Below are positions 37,032-48,256 of a stretch of DNA of 64,000 nucleotides, in pieces. The stretch lies in NCBI GenBank assembly GCA_040387835.1, contig JAZKCZ010000002.1, positions 581,818 to 645,817 on the forward strand, in the 5' to 3' direction. Position numbers and translations under genes: made by a program. Each line of letters starts with the position of its first letter. Position 1 is the stretch's first letter. The notes under the pieces are model-generated. The model was not told where the DNA came from. It searched no databases and saw nothing but the letters and a program-made list of their open reading frames with translations. Source of the stretch: Myxococcota bacterium (GTDB taxonomy: Bacteria; Myxococcota; UBA727; JABDBI01).

Positions 37032-38111
37032 TTAATTCGAACGTTCCTCTAGCCTCTCCAAATAGACTTGCGCCGATATTCGATGCCCTGACGAATCCTT
37101 GTAAGTCACCCGATTCAAGTTGATACCCTGACGTTGCAGAAGGCGCAGACCGTGCAGCGCCTCTTGTGGGCCTGGCTTATAATGGCCACTTTCATTACTA
37201 ATCTCAACGAGCCTACCATGCTCATCTGTCTCAATAGACCCTCCCCAAATAATAGCGCCCCCACCAAAAAAGCTGGAATGATGGAACTTTCCTTCCTCAG
37301 CAAGACCTACATATAACTTCTTGTCGGGCCCCAGTACAAAGATATGTTCCTTGCCCCAGTCCAGCCCAGTCTGAAGCAGCCTTCCGTCTGGATGCGTCAG
37401 AAATACTTCATTGTCCTCTTTGGAAAGATGCACCTCATGAGCGGCCCGCTGCGACGGTGTCAAATATTTAATGCGACTGTCCGCATATGTCTCCTTATAT
37501 GCCCCTCGACCCCTAACTACCGGCGCGGTCGGAGATGCCCCAGCTATGGGGAAACGCTTTTCTAAAGCGCTAAATTGTTCTTCCTGAAAAAGGGACATGC
37601 CGCCATGGTTTGCTTTATGCCACTCGGGGAAAGATGCCGAGGTTTCACTGTCTCGCCACTGATTCCACTGCTTTTCAAATTCACCTTTTCCAAGACGATG
37701 TTTGGGATCTGCTACTTCGCGCCAGTATTTTTCATCCAACATCTTACCGGGAATACCTTGATCCGCCAGCTCCCGAACACCTTTAGTAATTTTGACCAAA
37801 TTTCGAAAGCCACGTCTTAATTTTTCTTTCAATGACAACACTTGCGGCTGTCTCTCTTGTGGCGGTGTTCTTGCACCCGTTGGTGTGCTTGCCCCGTCTG
37901 GCGTTCCAGCCGCCGGCGGTGTTCGTAGGTCGCGTGGCGTACCCATAGGCACGCCTTGCGAGCTGGTTGTTTGTGATACTCCGGTCTCTGGGCGTAGCGG
38001 AGAACTAGCAGGTGAAAACCGATCCCGCGACCCTGGACCTGACGGCAATTGATCTAGTTCAACTCTTGATGCGGAATCAGAAGCAGGTAAACGGAATTTT
38101 GTTCTGTCCAT
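37032..38111 (-). CDS. hypothetical protein with Pro/Thr/Ser-rich disordered N-terminus
   Basis: 359 aa. No signal peptide or TM. Sits where flhB would be expected, downstream of fliR. Confidence 0.45.
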   Translation of the reverse strand: MDRTKFRLPASDSASRVELDQLPSGPGSRDRFSPASSPLRPETGVSQTTSSQGVPMGTPRDLRTPPAAGTPDGASTPTGARTPPQERQPQVLSLKEKLRRGFRNLVKITKGVRELADQGIPGKMLDEKYWREVADPKHRLGKGEFEKQWNQWRDSETSASFPEWHKANHGGMSLFQEEQFSALEKRFPIAGASPTAPVVRGRGAYKETYADSRIKYLTPSQRAAHEVHLSKEDNEVFLTHPDGRLLQTGLDWGKEHIFVLGPDKKLYVGLAEEGKFHHSSFFGGGAIIWGGSIETDEHGRLVEISNESGHYKPGPQEALHGLRLLQRQGINLNRVTYKDSSGHRISAQVYLERLEERSN

Positions 38112-38134
38112 TTAATAACTATACATCAAATAGA

Positions 38135-38962
38135 TTAGCCTAAGAGCATAACGACTTTTAAAAAGTGCTCCATTAGCCCTTTGGAAAAATACTCGAACTG
38201 AGACAATGTCATAGAAAGCGCTGCGAACGAGATGGCCATGCCGCCAACCGCAATCGCTGGCATCGACAAAAAGTACGCATTAATCTGCGGCGCAATGCGG
38301 TTGATTAAACCGAAAGCAATATTAATAATCAAACAAACCGCCACAATCGGCAAAGCCAGTGTCAGGGCGATTTTGAAAATCTCAGCGAGCAAGAACATAA
38401 ACTCTTGATAAAACGCCACCGAGCCGCCCGTGAAAGGCGGCATTTGGTTAATCGGTACCGAGATAAAGCTCTGAACAACGCCTTCAAAAAAAACTTCATG
38501 CAGCCCCGTGGATAAAAACAGAATCAGCGCCAACTGATAATACATGTCCCCATAGGGCGAGCTTCTCTCAGAAGTTTCAGGAACCATTAGCTGCACTTGG
38601 TTCGTCCCGCGCACCACATCGATTATTTGCCCAGCCATTTCCACCGCGTAAAATATTTGAGCGGTGACAAAACCCAACGTGAAGCCTACGAAAACTTCTT
38701 TGATCATCATCAACAAGTAAGGCATCAAACTGCCTGGGACGGTCCCGTGAAGATTACTGGTCGCCAGCGGCCAAACAAGAGCCGAAAGCATGATGGCAAT
38801 ACCAACTCGAACCGGACCAGGCGCGTTTTTCGACCCCAAAAAAGGGATCAGCGTTACCATCGATATCATTCGAGCGGCTATTAATGAAAACAGGATCAAG
38901 GCATGACCCTGAGACACATCCTTGGTGAATGCAGCAATCAGTGCGTTTAAAAATGCCTGCAT
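38135..38962 (-). CDS. fliR: flagellar biosynthetic protein FliR
   Basis: 275 aa. 6-TM export-gate protein. Follows fliQ. Confidence 0.75.
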   Translation of the reverse strand: MQAFLNALIAAFTKDVSQGHALILFSLIAARMISMVTLIPFLGSKNAPGPVRVGIAIMLSALVWPLATSNLHGTVPGSLMPYLLMMIKEVFVGFTLGFVTAQIFYAVEMAGQIIDVVRGTNQVQLMVPETSERSSPYGDMYYQLALILFLSTGLHEVFFEGVVQSFISVPINQMPPFTGGSVAFYQEFMFLLAEIFKIALTLALPIVAVCLIINIAFGLINRIAPQINAYFLSMPAIAVGGMAISFAALSMTLSQFEYFSKGLMEHFLKVVMLLG

Positions 38963-38964
38963 GA

Positions 38965-39240
38965 TTAACCTAGCGGGATGGTGTAAAACTCACCCAAGCA
39001 CCTGGTGGCAAATTTGAGCATCAAACCCCCAACCCAACCACCCGAAATGGCAATAGCCAAGTACACGAACACCATTTTAGGCGCAAAGCTCAAGGTCTGC
39101 TCTTGAATCTGAGTGGTTGCAGAAAACAGAGCGACTGCCAGTCCGACCACCAAACTCGCCACAATCGAAGGTGCCGAAATCAGAATGGTCAACAAAATCG
39201 CCTCGTTGGTCAGCTGTGCAACATAGGCTCCAATGTTCAT
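38965..39240 (-). CDS. fliQ: flagellar biosynthetic protein FliQ
   Basis: From the Met at 39240: MNIGAYVAQLTNEAILLTILISAPSIVASLVVGLAVALFSATTQIQEQTLSFAPK, typical FliQ. Confidence 0.8.
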   Translation of the reverse strand: MNIGAYVAQLTNEAILLTILISAPSIVASLVVGLAVALFSATTQIQEQTLSFAPKMVFVYLAIAISGGWVGGLMLKFATRCLGEFYTIPLG

Positions 39241-40010
39241 AGCTGATATCCTAGCACGAGACCTTTGGTGATGAGGTACCAACCGTCCACCATCACAAAG
39301 AGCAACAGCTTAAACGGCAAACTGATCATGGTGGGCGCAAGCATCTGCATGCCTAAAGCCATCAAAATATTCGACACCGCCATGTCAATAACCATGAACG
39401 GCAAGAAAATCATGAAACCGATTTGAAACGCCTTGGTAAGCTCCGAAATCACAAACGCAGGAACCAAGATAATATAATCATCGATCGACAAGGCAGCGCG
39501 GTCTTCCGCTTTGCGAATTTTTTGTGCGATGCGATAAAACAGCTGAACGTTCTTTTCTGAGGCCTGGTTTCTTAAAAACTCTTTCATCGGCGCTTCAGCA
39601 GCAGTCATCGCTTTAAACAGCAAATCAACGTTGGCTTTGTCAAAAAACTCGCTATTTTGATGGTGCATGAATTTTTGTGAGTTTTTGTAAATCTGGAGTC
39701 CAACCGGCTGCATCACATAAACGGTCAATAAAATCGCAAGACCTGTAATCACCGTCGTTGGCGGCGCCTGTTGCATGCCCACGGCTTGACGCGTGATCGA
39801 AAGCACCACAGCGATCTTGACGAAGCTCGTGACCATCATGCCAACAAAAGGAAGCAACGATATGGCCACCATGCCGATCATGAGCATCAAAGGCTTCGAA
39901 CTAATGCCCCCACCACCGGCGAGAGCTTGAATGCCACTCATATCTGCCGATTGCGCAAATACACTTTGGGAAAGCAGCAGACAAAACAGCTTAAAGAGAA
40001 GATTTTTCAT
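39237..40010 (-). CDS. fliP: flagellar biosynthetic protein FliP
   Basis: Signal peptide then conserved FliP core (VKIAVVLSITRQAVGMQQAPP...FKLLLFVMVDGW). Confidence 0.85.
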   Translation of the reverse strand: MKNLLFKLFCLLLSQSVFAQSADMSGIQALAGGGGISSKPLMLMIGMVAISLLPFVGMMVTSFVKIAVVLSITRQAVGMQQAPPTTVITGLAILLTVYVMQPVGLQIYKNSQKFMHHQNSEFFDKANVDLLFKAMTAAEAPMKEFLRNQASEKNVQLFYRIAQKIRKAEDRAALSIDDYIILVPAFVISELTKAFQIGFMIFLPFMVIDMAVSNILMALGMQMLAPTMISLPFKLLLFVMVDGWYLITKGLVLGYQL

Positions 40011-40254
40011 TCAATTCACAAACGAGAGAAACCCCGTTTTCACTCCCGGCCAACACAAAGTCACGTCCTCGAATTTCCACGATGTAGATACTTCGTCGCG
40101 GCTCTAACGCCAAACGTTCTTTTAAAACCATGGTGGCGGAGCGCTGATGTTTTGCCAACCAACGGCCCATGACTTTATTGAGTAAGAAATAAGCTAACGC
40201 GACCACTGCTGCGAGCATGGTCGCAATTTGAAGAAGCGCCCAAACAAGTTCCAC
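39991..40254 (-). CDS. fliO: flagellar biosynthetic protein FliO
   Basis: 87 aa. Single TM. RERLALEPRRSIYIVEIRGRDFVLAG FliO-like core. Lies between fliN and fliP. Confidence 0.55.
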   Translation of the reverse strand: MELVWALLQIATMLAAVVALAYFLLNKVMGRWLAKHQRSATMVLKERLALEPRRSIYIVEIRGRDFVLAGSENGVSLVCELNEKSSL

Positions 40255-40259
40255 TGGAT

Positions 40260-40493
40260 TTAAGCCCCAATCAAGGACAGGACTTTAACCCCAAGCTTTC
40301 CTTCGACTTCCACCAGCTCACCTTGGCCGATGCTTTTGCCACTAATGGTCAGCTCCACAGGCTCACCCGAGGTCTTTTTAAGCTCAACCACCTGCCCTGT
40401 TTGAAGGGCACCAATTTGCTGCAAATTGAGCGGCAGACGTGCCAACTCAACGACAAGTGGCATTGCAATACTTTGCTTTAAATCTTCGGTCAT
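40260..40493 (-). CDS. fliN: flagellar motor switch protein FliN (SpoA domain)
   Basis: 77-aa SpoA-fold: LQTGQVVELKKTSGEPVELTISGKSIGQGELVEVEGKLGVKVLSL. Confidence 0.7.
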   Translation of the reverse strand: MTEDLKQSIAMPLVVELARLPLNLQQIGALQTGQVVELKKTSGEPVELTISGKSIGQGELVEVEGKLGVKVLSLIGA

Positions 40494-41323
40494 GACAGTT
40501 CCTTGGCGTTTTCAATTTGGGACACAGAAAAGGTGTATTGATTTGACTCAGACAGACCGAGTTGCCCCTGCAAACTGGCCGACGCTGGCGAGCCTATTTT
40601 AGCAGTCGCTTGCCCTGAAATAACTTTGTCAGTCAGTTTCAAAGATGCGGCATCCAGCATAATGATATCACCAGCTTCTAAACCTTGCAGATCGCCAGAG
40701 GTCATCTCCACTGAAGCAATCTCGATAACCAGGGGCAGCTCGGCCCAGGCTGTTCTGCTGGCAGCACGTTCCGCAATCACGCTCGCGGCTGGCGGATTGA
40801 TGTCAGCCAAAGATTTAAGCAGCGTTTCCGATACCCAAATCCTAACAAAAGAGTTTTGATCGCCCAAACCCAGTGTCAGAGACAAGCAGAGTGACCCTGC
40901 GGGCGGCACCTCATTTTGATCGCTCAGCTGAAACGACTCTTTGGTCGAATCAAACAATTTGGCGAGCAAATAGAGCGCTACGCCTTTTTCCAAATCCGAA
41001 AGTTTAGGATCGAGGCTTTCTGGAGCTGCCTGAGTGATGGTTTTGTAAACCAGCGTCTGCAGCACTTTGGTGTCCAACTCAATCCAAAATAGACCCGCGG
41101 CCGGAGCCCATGTCGCTGCGAACAAACTGCCTGTTATTTCAGGGCTTTTTTCAAAAGAAAGTCGTTTGTAATCAAGATGCGCAGGCAAACTTGACGTTTC
41201 AGCAAGGGATTTTTCGACGGGAGCGATTAATCCAAGCAATTGAGCAGCCATTCCCGAGGCCGCGCTGATTAAATTACAGAGTTGTACGTCACCTTTGCTG
41301 AGCCTAGGCAAGTTTTGTAGCAT
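40490..41323 (-). CDS. FliM-like flagellar switch protein (C-terminal SpoA-like segment); divergent
   Basis: Sits where fliM would be, upstream of fliN. C-terminal SGDLQGLEAGDIIMLD. Lacks the canonical N-terminal LSQxEIDxLL CheY-binding motif. Confidence 0.45.
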   Translation of the reverse strand: MLQNLPRLSKGDVQLCNLISAASGMAAQLLGLIAPVEKSLAETSSLPAHLDYKRLSFEKSPEITGSLFAATWAPAAGLFWIELDTKVLQTLVYKTITQAAPESLDPKLSDLEKGVALYLLAKLFDSTKESFQLSDQNEVPPAGSLCLSLTLGLGDQNSFVRIWVSETLLKSLADINPPAASVIAERAASRTAWAELPLVIEIASVEMTSGDLQGLEAGDIIMLDAASLKLTDKVISGQATAKIGSPASASLQGQLGLSESNQYTFSVSQIENAKELS

Positions 41324-41326
41324 AAG

Positions 41327-41587
41327 TTAGTTAGAAACCTTGTCGAGCACGGAAGCAACGTGTGACGACATCAAGGACAAAGCCAGATTTGTAATCATAA
41401 ACGCTGCGGCAGCACCGAAGGTCAACTTGCTTAAGAAAGTGTTAGCGCCGCGACCACCGAAAGTAGTGTCTGAACCGGAGCCGCCAAAAGCTGCACTAGA
41501 ACCACCCTTGTTACCTGGTTGTAATAGAACAACCAAGATCATGAAAACTGCGACCACGACCTGAAGAATAATCAAAAATGCCAGCAT
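41327..41587 (-). CDS. secG: preprotein translocase subunit SecG
   Basis: Two TM segments flanking a Gly-rich loop (LLQPGNKGGSSAAFGGSGSDTTFGGRG). Confidence 0.7.
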   Translation of the reverse strand: MLAFLIILQVVVAVFMILVVLLQPGNKGGSSAAFGGSGSDTTFGGRGANTFLSKLTFGAAAAFMITNLALSLMSSHVASVLDKVSN

Positions 41588-41595
41588 GCGGAAGT

Positions 41596-42264
41596 TTATA
41601 TCGCATGGGCCAATATTTCACAAGCCCGAATCAATTGGCATGGGTATTTCAGCGGTAATTCAGGCTCCTGCATGATGTATTCAAGCACAGGCTTTTTCGA
41701 AGCACCCGAAACCAAAAATCTGATCTGATGCGCCGTATTAATAAAATTCGGAAGCAACGAAATCCGATAGCCGCCCAGCTTATGCACATAAAAAGCCGAC
41801 ACTTTCTGATTTTCAGGAACCAAAATCCCCGGAAAAATCGATGCCGTATGACCATCTGCACCGATACCCAAATAGACCAAATCAAAACGCATATCACCGA
41901 TATGATTTTCATAAGCCTTAGCCGCCTCATGTGGATCAGGTTGGTCTGTATTAATCGAGTGGATATTCGGATTCGGAAGATTAATATGACAAAACAAACT
42001 CTTTTGAACCATGGCAAAGTTGCTCATGGGATCCACGTGAGAGACATATCTTTCATCACCAAAGTAGAAATGCACTTTAGTCCAATCAATATCAAGTTTG
42101 ACCAAAGCTTCATAAATTGCCTTAGGCGTACCGCCTCCAGATAGTGCTACAGAGAATTTACCTCTCGCAGCAATAGCGTCTGTCGCTAGCCGCATGAAAT
42201 CAGCAACCGCGTGATCGATAAACTCTTGTTCCGAAGGAAACTCTATGAGGGTATATTTCGCCAT
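41596..42264 (-). CDS. pgl: 6-phosphogluconolactonase
   Basis: [18 protein letters not shown]...[10 protein letters not shown], glucosamine-6P isomerase/6PGL fold. Confidence 0.8.
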   Translation of the reverse strand: MAKYTLIEFPSEQEFIDHAVADFMRLATDAIAARGKFSVALSGGGTPKAIYEALVKLDIDWTKVHFYFGDERYVSHVDPMSNFAMVQKSLFCHINLPNPNIHSINTDQPDPHEAAKAYENHIGDMRFDLVYLGIGADGHTASIFPGILVPENQKVSAFYVHKLGGYRISLLPNFINTAHQIRFLVSGASKKPVLEYIMQEPELPLKYPCQLIRACEILAHAI

Positions 42265-43697
42265 TTACGACCGTCTCGCTCCATTAAATCAGTGGCTTCC
42301 GCCGGCCCCCATGAGCCTGAAGTATAATTAGGAAAATTCCTAGGTTGCAGCGCACTCCAAACATCTAAAATTGGTTGCACCACCCGCCAGCCGGATTCCA
42401 CCATGTCAGCTCTTTGGAACAAGGTTCGATCGCCCATCATGCAATCATATAACAAAGTCTCATAACCCGTACCCGGCCTAGAACCAAAGTAGTCTTTATA
42501 CTGAAACTTCATGTTCACATCGCCGAGTCGGACAATAGGGCCTGGAACCTTAGCACCGAATCTCAAGGAAATGCCCTCTTCCGGTTGGACATGAATGACC
42601 AACAAATTAGGGGATAAATTAGCAACTTGAGTTTCTTTAAACATAATAGCAGGTGGTGTTTTAAACTGAATCGCAATTTCGGTAGCTCTCAGCGGCAACT
42701 TCTTTCCTGTTCTAATATAAAAAGGCACGCCTGCCCAGCGCCAATTTTCCACCATTAATCTCATGGCGACAAAAGTCTCTACATTTGATCCTGGATTCAC
42801 ATCAGGGGAAGAGCGATAATCTTTATACTGTCCACGAACGGTATAACGCAAAACATCTTCAGGTTTGAGCTCTTGCACCGCCCTTAGCACCTTGGACTTC
42901 TCATCGCGCACGGCGTCTGCATCCAGTGAAATCGGTGGTTCCATGGCGACATAACTCAGCAGCTGAAAAATATGATTGGGTATCATATCTTTTAAAGCGC
43001 CAGCCGTTTCATAATAATTGCCGCGGGTCTCTACGCCCAACTTTTCAGCCACCGTGATTTGGACATGATCAACGTAAGTTCGGTTCCAAATCGGCTCGAA
43101 GATGCCATTCGCAAAGCGAAAGGCCAGCAAATTTTGCACGGTCTCTTTGCCCAAGTAATGATCAATGCGGAAAATCTGACTTTCTTTCAAAATGGCGCGA
43201 ATGTCATGGTTCAGCTTTTTAGCGCTTTCCAAATCGTTACCAAACGGCTTTTCAATCACCACTTTGCGCCAAGGGCCAGGGCTCTCCTCTTGGATCAACT
43301 GCGCGTCACCCAATTGCTGGATCACCGGCAAAAAGAATTTGGGCGGCACCGCCAAATAAAACACATGATTGCGTTCAGGACTTAAAGTCGCTTTGAGCGT
43401 CTCATAGGTTTTTCCATCCGTTAAATCGCCTTGCACAAAATGCGTGCGCTCGAGCAGCGCCATGCCGTATGCCTTGGAATCTGGGTCGGTCACGAATTGG
43501 TCCAAGTTGTCTTTTAAGTAAGCTCTAAATCCTTCGGTGGTGTAATCTGCGCGCGCAACACCAATCAGCTTGAAAGTATCTCTTAAAAGCCCAGCGGCAC
43601 CTAGATTACACAGGGCCGGCAGCAAGAGCCTTTTGGTCAGGTCTCCCGCCGCGCCCATAATCACCATTTCACAATCATTTGCTTGCATTCTCGACAT
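42243..43697 (-). CDS. zwf: glucose-6-phosphate dehydrogenase (start taken after the gnd stop)
   Basis: [18 protein letters not shown] site and RIDHYLGKE active-site motif. The longer listed ORF would overlap gnd. Confidence 0.85.
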   Translation of the reverse strand: MSRMQANDCEMVIMGAAGDLTKRLLLPALCNLGAAGLLRDTFKLIGVARADYTTEGFRAYLKDNLDQFVTDPDSKAYGMALLERTHFVQGDLTDGKTYETLKATLSPERNHVFYLAVPPKFFLPVIQQLGDAQLIQEESPGPWRKVVIEKPFGNDLESAKKLNHDIRAILKESQIFRIDHYLGKETVQNLLAFRFANGIFEPIWNRTYVDHVQITVAEKLGVETRGNYYETAGALKDMIPNHIFQLLSYVAMEPPISLDADAVRDEKSKVLRAVQELKPEDVLRYTVRGQYKDYRSSPDVNPGSNVETFVAMRLMVENWRWAGVPFYIRTGKKLPLRATEIAIQFKTPPAIMFKETQVANLSPNLLVIHVQPEEGISLRFGAKVPGPIVRLGDVNMKFQYKDYFGSRPGTGYETLLYDCMMGDRTLFQRADMVESGWRVVQPILDVWSALQPRNFPNYTSGSWGPAEATDLMERDGRKWRNIPS

Positions 43698-44643
43698 GTC
43701 CCCCAAACTGAAAGCGCATCGCTGACAGGATTTTTTCAGCAAAGCTGTGTTCCTGTCTCGACCTAAATCTCTTAAATAGCGCCGTAGCCAAAACTTCGGC
43801 GGATACTCCCGATTCCACCGCAGCCTGAATGGTCCAGCGACCCTCTCCAGAATCAGCCACATTGCCAGAATATGCCTGAAGCTCTGTATCTCCCTGCAAA
43901 GCAATTGCCGTCAGATCAAGCAGCCATGAACCAATCACACTACCACGACGCCAAACTTCGGCGATTTCTTTTAGATCTAATTCAAACTCGCCTGCGCCTT
44001 TTAGAATATCAAATCCCTCAGCATATGCCTGCATGACACCATATTCAATTCCATTATGAATCATTTTGACAAAATGCCCAGAACCAACTGGCCCACAATG
44101 CAAATAACCTTGTTCACTGGCACTTAAATCACCATCTCTGCCGCGCGTTCTCTCAATGCTCCCCGTTCCAGGTGCCAAGGTTTTGAAAATAGGTTCAGCG
44201 CGCTTAAACGCATCCTTGGGACCGCCGATCATCAGACAATAGCCTCGATCCTTGCCCCAAACCCCGCCGCTGGTACCAACATCCATAAAATGAATGCCCT
44301 TAGCGCCCAAAACTTCTGCATGCTTCATGTCATCGCGATAATAAGAATTACCGCCATCGATGACAATATCGCCAGCAGACAACACGCCCGCCAATGAATC
44401 CATGGTTTGATGCGTTGCTTCCCCGGCAGGCACCATCACCCAAACAACCCGAGGCGACTGAAGCTTTGAGGCAAGCTCAGCCAAAGTATAGGCACCACCA
44501 ACACCTGCGGCCTCAATCTTTTCAACATTGGCACGGCTCAAATCAAAGCCAACGCATTCATGGCCGCCTGCTTTCAATCGCTCAGCCATGTTTGCGCCCA
44601 TTTTACCCAAACCAATCATACCAATTTGCATAGAGTCTCCCAA
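43675..44643 (-). CDS. gnd: 6-phosphogluconate dehydrogenase (decarboxylating), short form
   Basis: [19 protein letters not shown] Rossmann N-terminus. About 320 aa, the GndA-like short variant. Confidence 0.8.
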   Translation of the reverse strand: MGDSMQIGMIGLGKMGANMAERLKAGGHECVGFDLSRANVEKIEAAGVGGAYTLAELASKLQSPRVVWVMVPAGEATHQTMDSLAGVLSAGDIVIDGGNSYYRDDMKHAEVLGAKGIHFMDVGTSGGVWGKDRGYCLMIGGPKDAFKRAEPIFKTLAPGTGSIERTRGRDGDLSASEQGYLHCGPVGSGHFVKMIHNGIEYGVMQAYAEGFDILKGAGEFELDLKEIAEVWRRGSVIGSWLLDLTAIALQGDTELQAYSGNVADSGEGRWTIQAAVESGVSAEVLATALFKRFRSRQEHSFAEKILSAMRFQFGGHVENASK

Positions 44644-47132
44644 GATATTGAAATCACTCGGCGCCCGCGCGCCTTCAAAACGTTAAAATCGCCCAAAGCC
44701 TGTGCGTGCTTTACTTGATCAAATCCATAAGATTTGCCCGGCACAGCCAGATCAGTCGTCGCGTCGCTTACCACCTGCAAAAACACGCCGGAGTCCGGTC
44801 CGCCTTTATGCAGCTGCCCAGTCGAATGCAAAAACCTCGGTCCAAAACCCAAAGTGGTCGCTACTTTTTTTAAATCACGCACTTTCATGCGATACTTTTG
44901 CAGCGTTGCACGCGTGGCTGCATTCATCGGCACAAAAGCCTGAATCGCAAAATAATCGCCCGGCTTAACGCTGGATAACAAATCTCGAACATCGCGTTCA
45001 CTCCCCTTTGGGATCGCCGGCACCGACGGTTGCTCCATGAGTCGTCTAGCTTCAACTTTAGCAGCCTCAACATCGGGCTGATCAAACGCGTTAATGCCCA
45101 AAACTTCGCCCGCAACGGCCGTGGCAACTTCCCAGCGATAAAACTCAGCGCCTAAGTGATGTTTGCTAGCCACGTTGATCCGAAACACGGGATGCCCAGC
45201 TCGCTCAAAGGCCTCGACAGTATGCTCCATAGACGCATCATTGCCCAGCTGCACGTAAACAAAAGCTCTATCTGAAGCGTACAAATGGGGTGCGCCAATC
45301 GATTCACCGACAACCGGAATCAATCCTTTTCCTTGCTTACCGGTAGACTCAGCCAACAACTGCTCAACCCAATCCCCCAGCGGCTCGAGCTCTTTAGATG
45401 TGATTAAAGTGACTTTATCGCGAGATTTCAAAGCCCAATTACCCAGAAATAAACCGAGCCTTGCGCCAGGGTTATCCAGCGCATCCATTTTCATGCAGAC
45501 CTGCCGCATCGAAAGCGCGTGTTCAAGTTGCTGAGCAGTATCAACCCCCATCAAAGCCGCGGGCACCAGCCCGAAATTCGACAAGGCTGAATATCTGCCG
45601 CCAATGGATTTTACGCCCGGGTAGATAGATAAAAAGCCTTTCTCTTGAGCCACACGCTCGAGCGCAGAGCCCGGGTCAGTAATCGCAATAAACTGCTTCG
45701 GATTTTTAGCCTTTGCAACAAAGTAATCAAAAAAGATATTGGGCTCGAGCGTGCTGCCAGATTTACTCGACACGATAAACATCGTATTTTTGACATCAAT
45801 CTGCCTCTCAATATCAGCAATCTGCTCCGGATCCGTAGAATCCAGTACATGAAAACCGCCAAAGGGCCCGCAAATACGATTCATCACATCCGGCGCTAAA
45901 CTAGAGCCCCCCATCCCCAAAAGCACCAGCGAAGGACTATCCTCCCTTTGCAAAAGGGAGGTCGGGAGGGATTTTTCTCCACCAGTTAAAATAACATCTA
46001 GCCACCCTAGCCATTCGTTATTTTTTTTTTGCTCCCAGAGATTTGGGAGTGGATGTTCGGCTTGCGGATATTTCGCCGCGATAGCGGCCAGCATCTTGTC
46101 AAACGGCTCAACAAATAGCTTAATCCCATCGCTCAAAAGTTTATCGGTCACCGCATCAAAATCCACACCCGCCGCTTTTAAATCGCTCATCACTTGCCGA
46201 GCAGCGCCCAAATCTAGCTCAAGGGTTGATTTAGCTTTGCCGTGGTCCAAAAACGCTTCATAGGTTGCAGGCGGAATGGTATTCACTGTTTCAGGGCCAA
46301 CCAACTCTTCGACATATAAAACATCCGAATAAGCCGGATTCTTGGTGCCCGTGCTAGCCCAAAGCAAGCGTTGCGGCTTTGCACCCAAAACTTCAAGGGT
46401 TTTAAATCGCTCACTGGCGTAAAACTTTTTATAATATTGGTAAGTCAGCTTAGCATTGGCAATCGCTGCTTTCCCTTGCAGCTCTTGTGGAGCCACTTTA
46501 TCTACCGCCGAGTCAATGCGGCTAATGAAAAAGCTGGCCACACTGGCAATGTTAGAAATCGTCAGTTTATGCTTGGCTCGGTATTCTAAACCGCTAACAA
46601 AAGCCTCTGCTACATCGGCGTACATTTTCTCTGAAAATAGCAAGGTCACATTGACGTTAATGCCATCTGCGATTAACTGCCGGATCACCGGCACACATTC
46701 AGGCGTTGCGGGTACCTTGATCATGACATTGGACCTGTTCACCCGGGCCCATAAACGTCTAGCTTCAGCCAAAGTACCCTCGGCATCTTGCGCCAGATGC
46801 GGCGAGACTTCCAAGCTCACATACCCATCTCGGCCAGCCGTATCTTCATAAGTCGATGTAAAAACATCGGCAGCGTCTTGCACGTCTCGAATCGCCAAAG
46901 CTTCGTATAAATCTACCGGCCGCTGCACCTGCTGCGCATTTTGCTCACTCAAAAAGGCATCGTATTCATTGCCGGAAGCCACCGCTTTTTCAAAAATCGC
47001 AGGATTGGAAGTCACACCGCGCAAGCCACCCGCGATCATCTGCTTCAATTTTCCCGAGGTCATCAGTCCGCGTTGAATAAAATCTAACCAAATAGATTGG
47101 CCCTCTTCAGCCAGCTTTTGAATGGAATTCAT
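44616..47132 (-). CDS. bifunctional transaldolase / glucose-6-phosphate isomerase
   Basis: N-terminal transaldolase ([12 protein letters not shown], Schiff-base Lys region) fused to C-terminal PGI (SIS domains, GGRYS motif). 838 aa. Confidence 0.85.
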   Translation of the reverse strand: MNSIQKLAEEGQSIWLDFIQRGLMTSGKLKQMIAGGLRGVTSNPAIFEKAVASGNEYDAFLSEQNAQQVQRPVDLYEALAIRDVQDAADVFTSTYEDTAGRDGYVSLEVSPHLAQDAEGTLAEARRLWARVNRSNVMIKVPATPECVPVIRQLIADGINVNVTLLFSEKMYADVAEAFVSGLEYRAKHKLTISNIASVASFFISRIDSAVDKVAPQELQGKAAIANAKLTYQYYKKFYASERFKTLEVLGAKPQRLLWASTGTKNPAYSDVLYVEELVGPETVNTIPPATYEAFLDHGKAKSTLELDLGAARQVMSDLKAAGVDFDAVTDKLLSDGIKLFVEPFDKMLAAIAAKYPQAEHPLPNLWEQKKNNEWLGWLDVILTGGEKSLPTSLLQREDSPSLVLLGMGGSSLAPDVMNRICGPFGGFHVLDSTDPEQIADIERQIDVKNTMFIVSSKSGSTLEPNIFFDYFVAKAKNPKQFIAITDPGSALERVAQEKGFLSIYPGVKSIGGRYSALSNFGLVPAALMGVDTAQQLEHALSMRQVCMKMDALDNPGARLGLFLGNWALKSRDKVTLITSKELEPLGDWVEQLLAESTGKQGKGLIPVVGESIGAPHLYASDRAFVYVQLGNDASMEHTVEAFERAGHPVFRINVASKHHLGAEFYRWEVATAVAGEVLGINAFDQPDVEAAKVEARRLMEQPSVPAIPKGSERDVRDLLSSVKPGDYFAIQAFVPMNAATRATLQKYRMKVRDLKKVATTLGFGPRFLHSTGQLHKGGPDSGVFLQVVSDATTDLAVPGKSYGFDQVKHAQALGDFNVLKARGRRVISISWETLCKLV

Positions 47133-47161
47133 AAGCCCAACTGTAAGCGATAATCAGAATT

Positions 47162-48256
47162 TTGTCCAAGCCATCACCCATTTTGTGCTTTGATAATGAT
47201 ATGCATCTTGTGAAACCCGAAATTGGTTACAAACCTTACGCCATTGAGGCGCTCAAGGCGGTAATTATCTGTGGCTTAAGCTTTGGTCTATTGCAGCTCT
47301 TAGGCATTCAAGGCCGTCAGCTTGCAATGGGGCTCATGATCGTCGCCCAGACTTCCTTCGCTGTTTTCTTTGTACCGCCATATCACTTTCCGATTCGGGC
47401 GATGGCATTCCCGTTTATTGGACTGAGCGCCATTGCTGGCGGAATTGCTGGGCACTATATACCTTTTGCCGCGCCCGCGCTGACCATCATCGCTGCAGCA
47501 GCGACATTTTACTATATATTCATCAATTCGATTCGAGTGATTTGCATTAATGTTGTTTTGGTGTTTATGATCTTCGCCTATTTTCCAACGCCTATCGAGT
47601 TGGCAGGCGTTTACTTATGGCAATGGTTCTTGCCGGGCATATTATTTACCGTATGGCATTGGTTAGCCTACCGCCGCCATCGATACACGGAAATCTCGCT
47701 ACCAATTCTCGAGAGCAACGAAAGAGACAGGCTCTTATCAACTGTCGTTTGTCTGGTTTCGCTGGGCATTGCATACACAGTTACCGCGCTTTTACCCACG
47801 CGTTTTCACAGTATGCATGTCTATTGGATCCCGATGGTTTGTCTTCTGGTGACTCAAGTTACGGTGTCTTCAACCACAACTTACGTCAAACAACGCATCA
47901 GCATGAACATCTTAGGCGCCGGTATCGCGGCGATCCTATTTTACGTCATCTCAATGCCCTATTGGTTAGCCATCACGCTGTTGGTGGCTTTATTTTATCT
48001 TTGCCTATTTTTCATGTTCTCATACAAGCACCGGACGTTTTGCGTGACCGTGATGATGGTCGGCATCTACCATATTTTACAACATGCAACCGCAGTGGTT
48101 ATGATGGATCGGGTCGTTTTCACTATTATCGCAGGCAGCATCGTCTTGGTCGTATCATTTGTGACCTACGCCATTGTGCTTAAATTTCAGCAGCCTGCAC
48201 ATTCACCCGTTTCGCTCCCAGCCTCACAAATGCGACAGGCACAATCAGGCAAATAG
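47162..48256 (+). CDS. polytopic inner-membrane protein (hypothetical; FUSC/YccS-like size)
   Basis: 364 aa, about 10 hydrophobic segments. Confidence 0.5.
   Translation: MSKPSPILCFDNDMHLVKPEIGYKPYAIEALKAVIICGLSFGLLQLLGIQGRQLAMGLMIVAQTSFAVFFVPPYHFPIRAMAFPFIGLSAIAGGIAGHYIPFAAPALTIIAAAATFYYIFINSIRVICINVVLVFMIFAYFPTPIELAGVYLWQWFLPGILFTVWHWLAYRRHRYTEISLPILESNERDRLLSTVVCLVSLGIAYTVTALLPTRFHSMHVYWIPMVCLLVTQVTVSSTTTYVKQRISMNILGAGIAAILFYVISMPYWLAITLLVALFYLCLFFMFSYKHRTFCVTVMMVGIYHILQHATAVVMMDRVVFTIIAGSIVLVVSFVTYAIVLKFQQPAHSPVSLPASQMRQAQSGK

Noticed and set aside
37032-41323. Non-flagellar type III secretion system interpretation of the fliMNOPQR block
   Set aside because: A FliO homolog is present and no SctC/SctJ/SctV genes are adjacent, so flagellar origin is more parsimonious.
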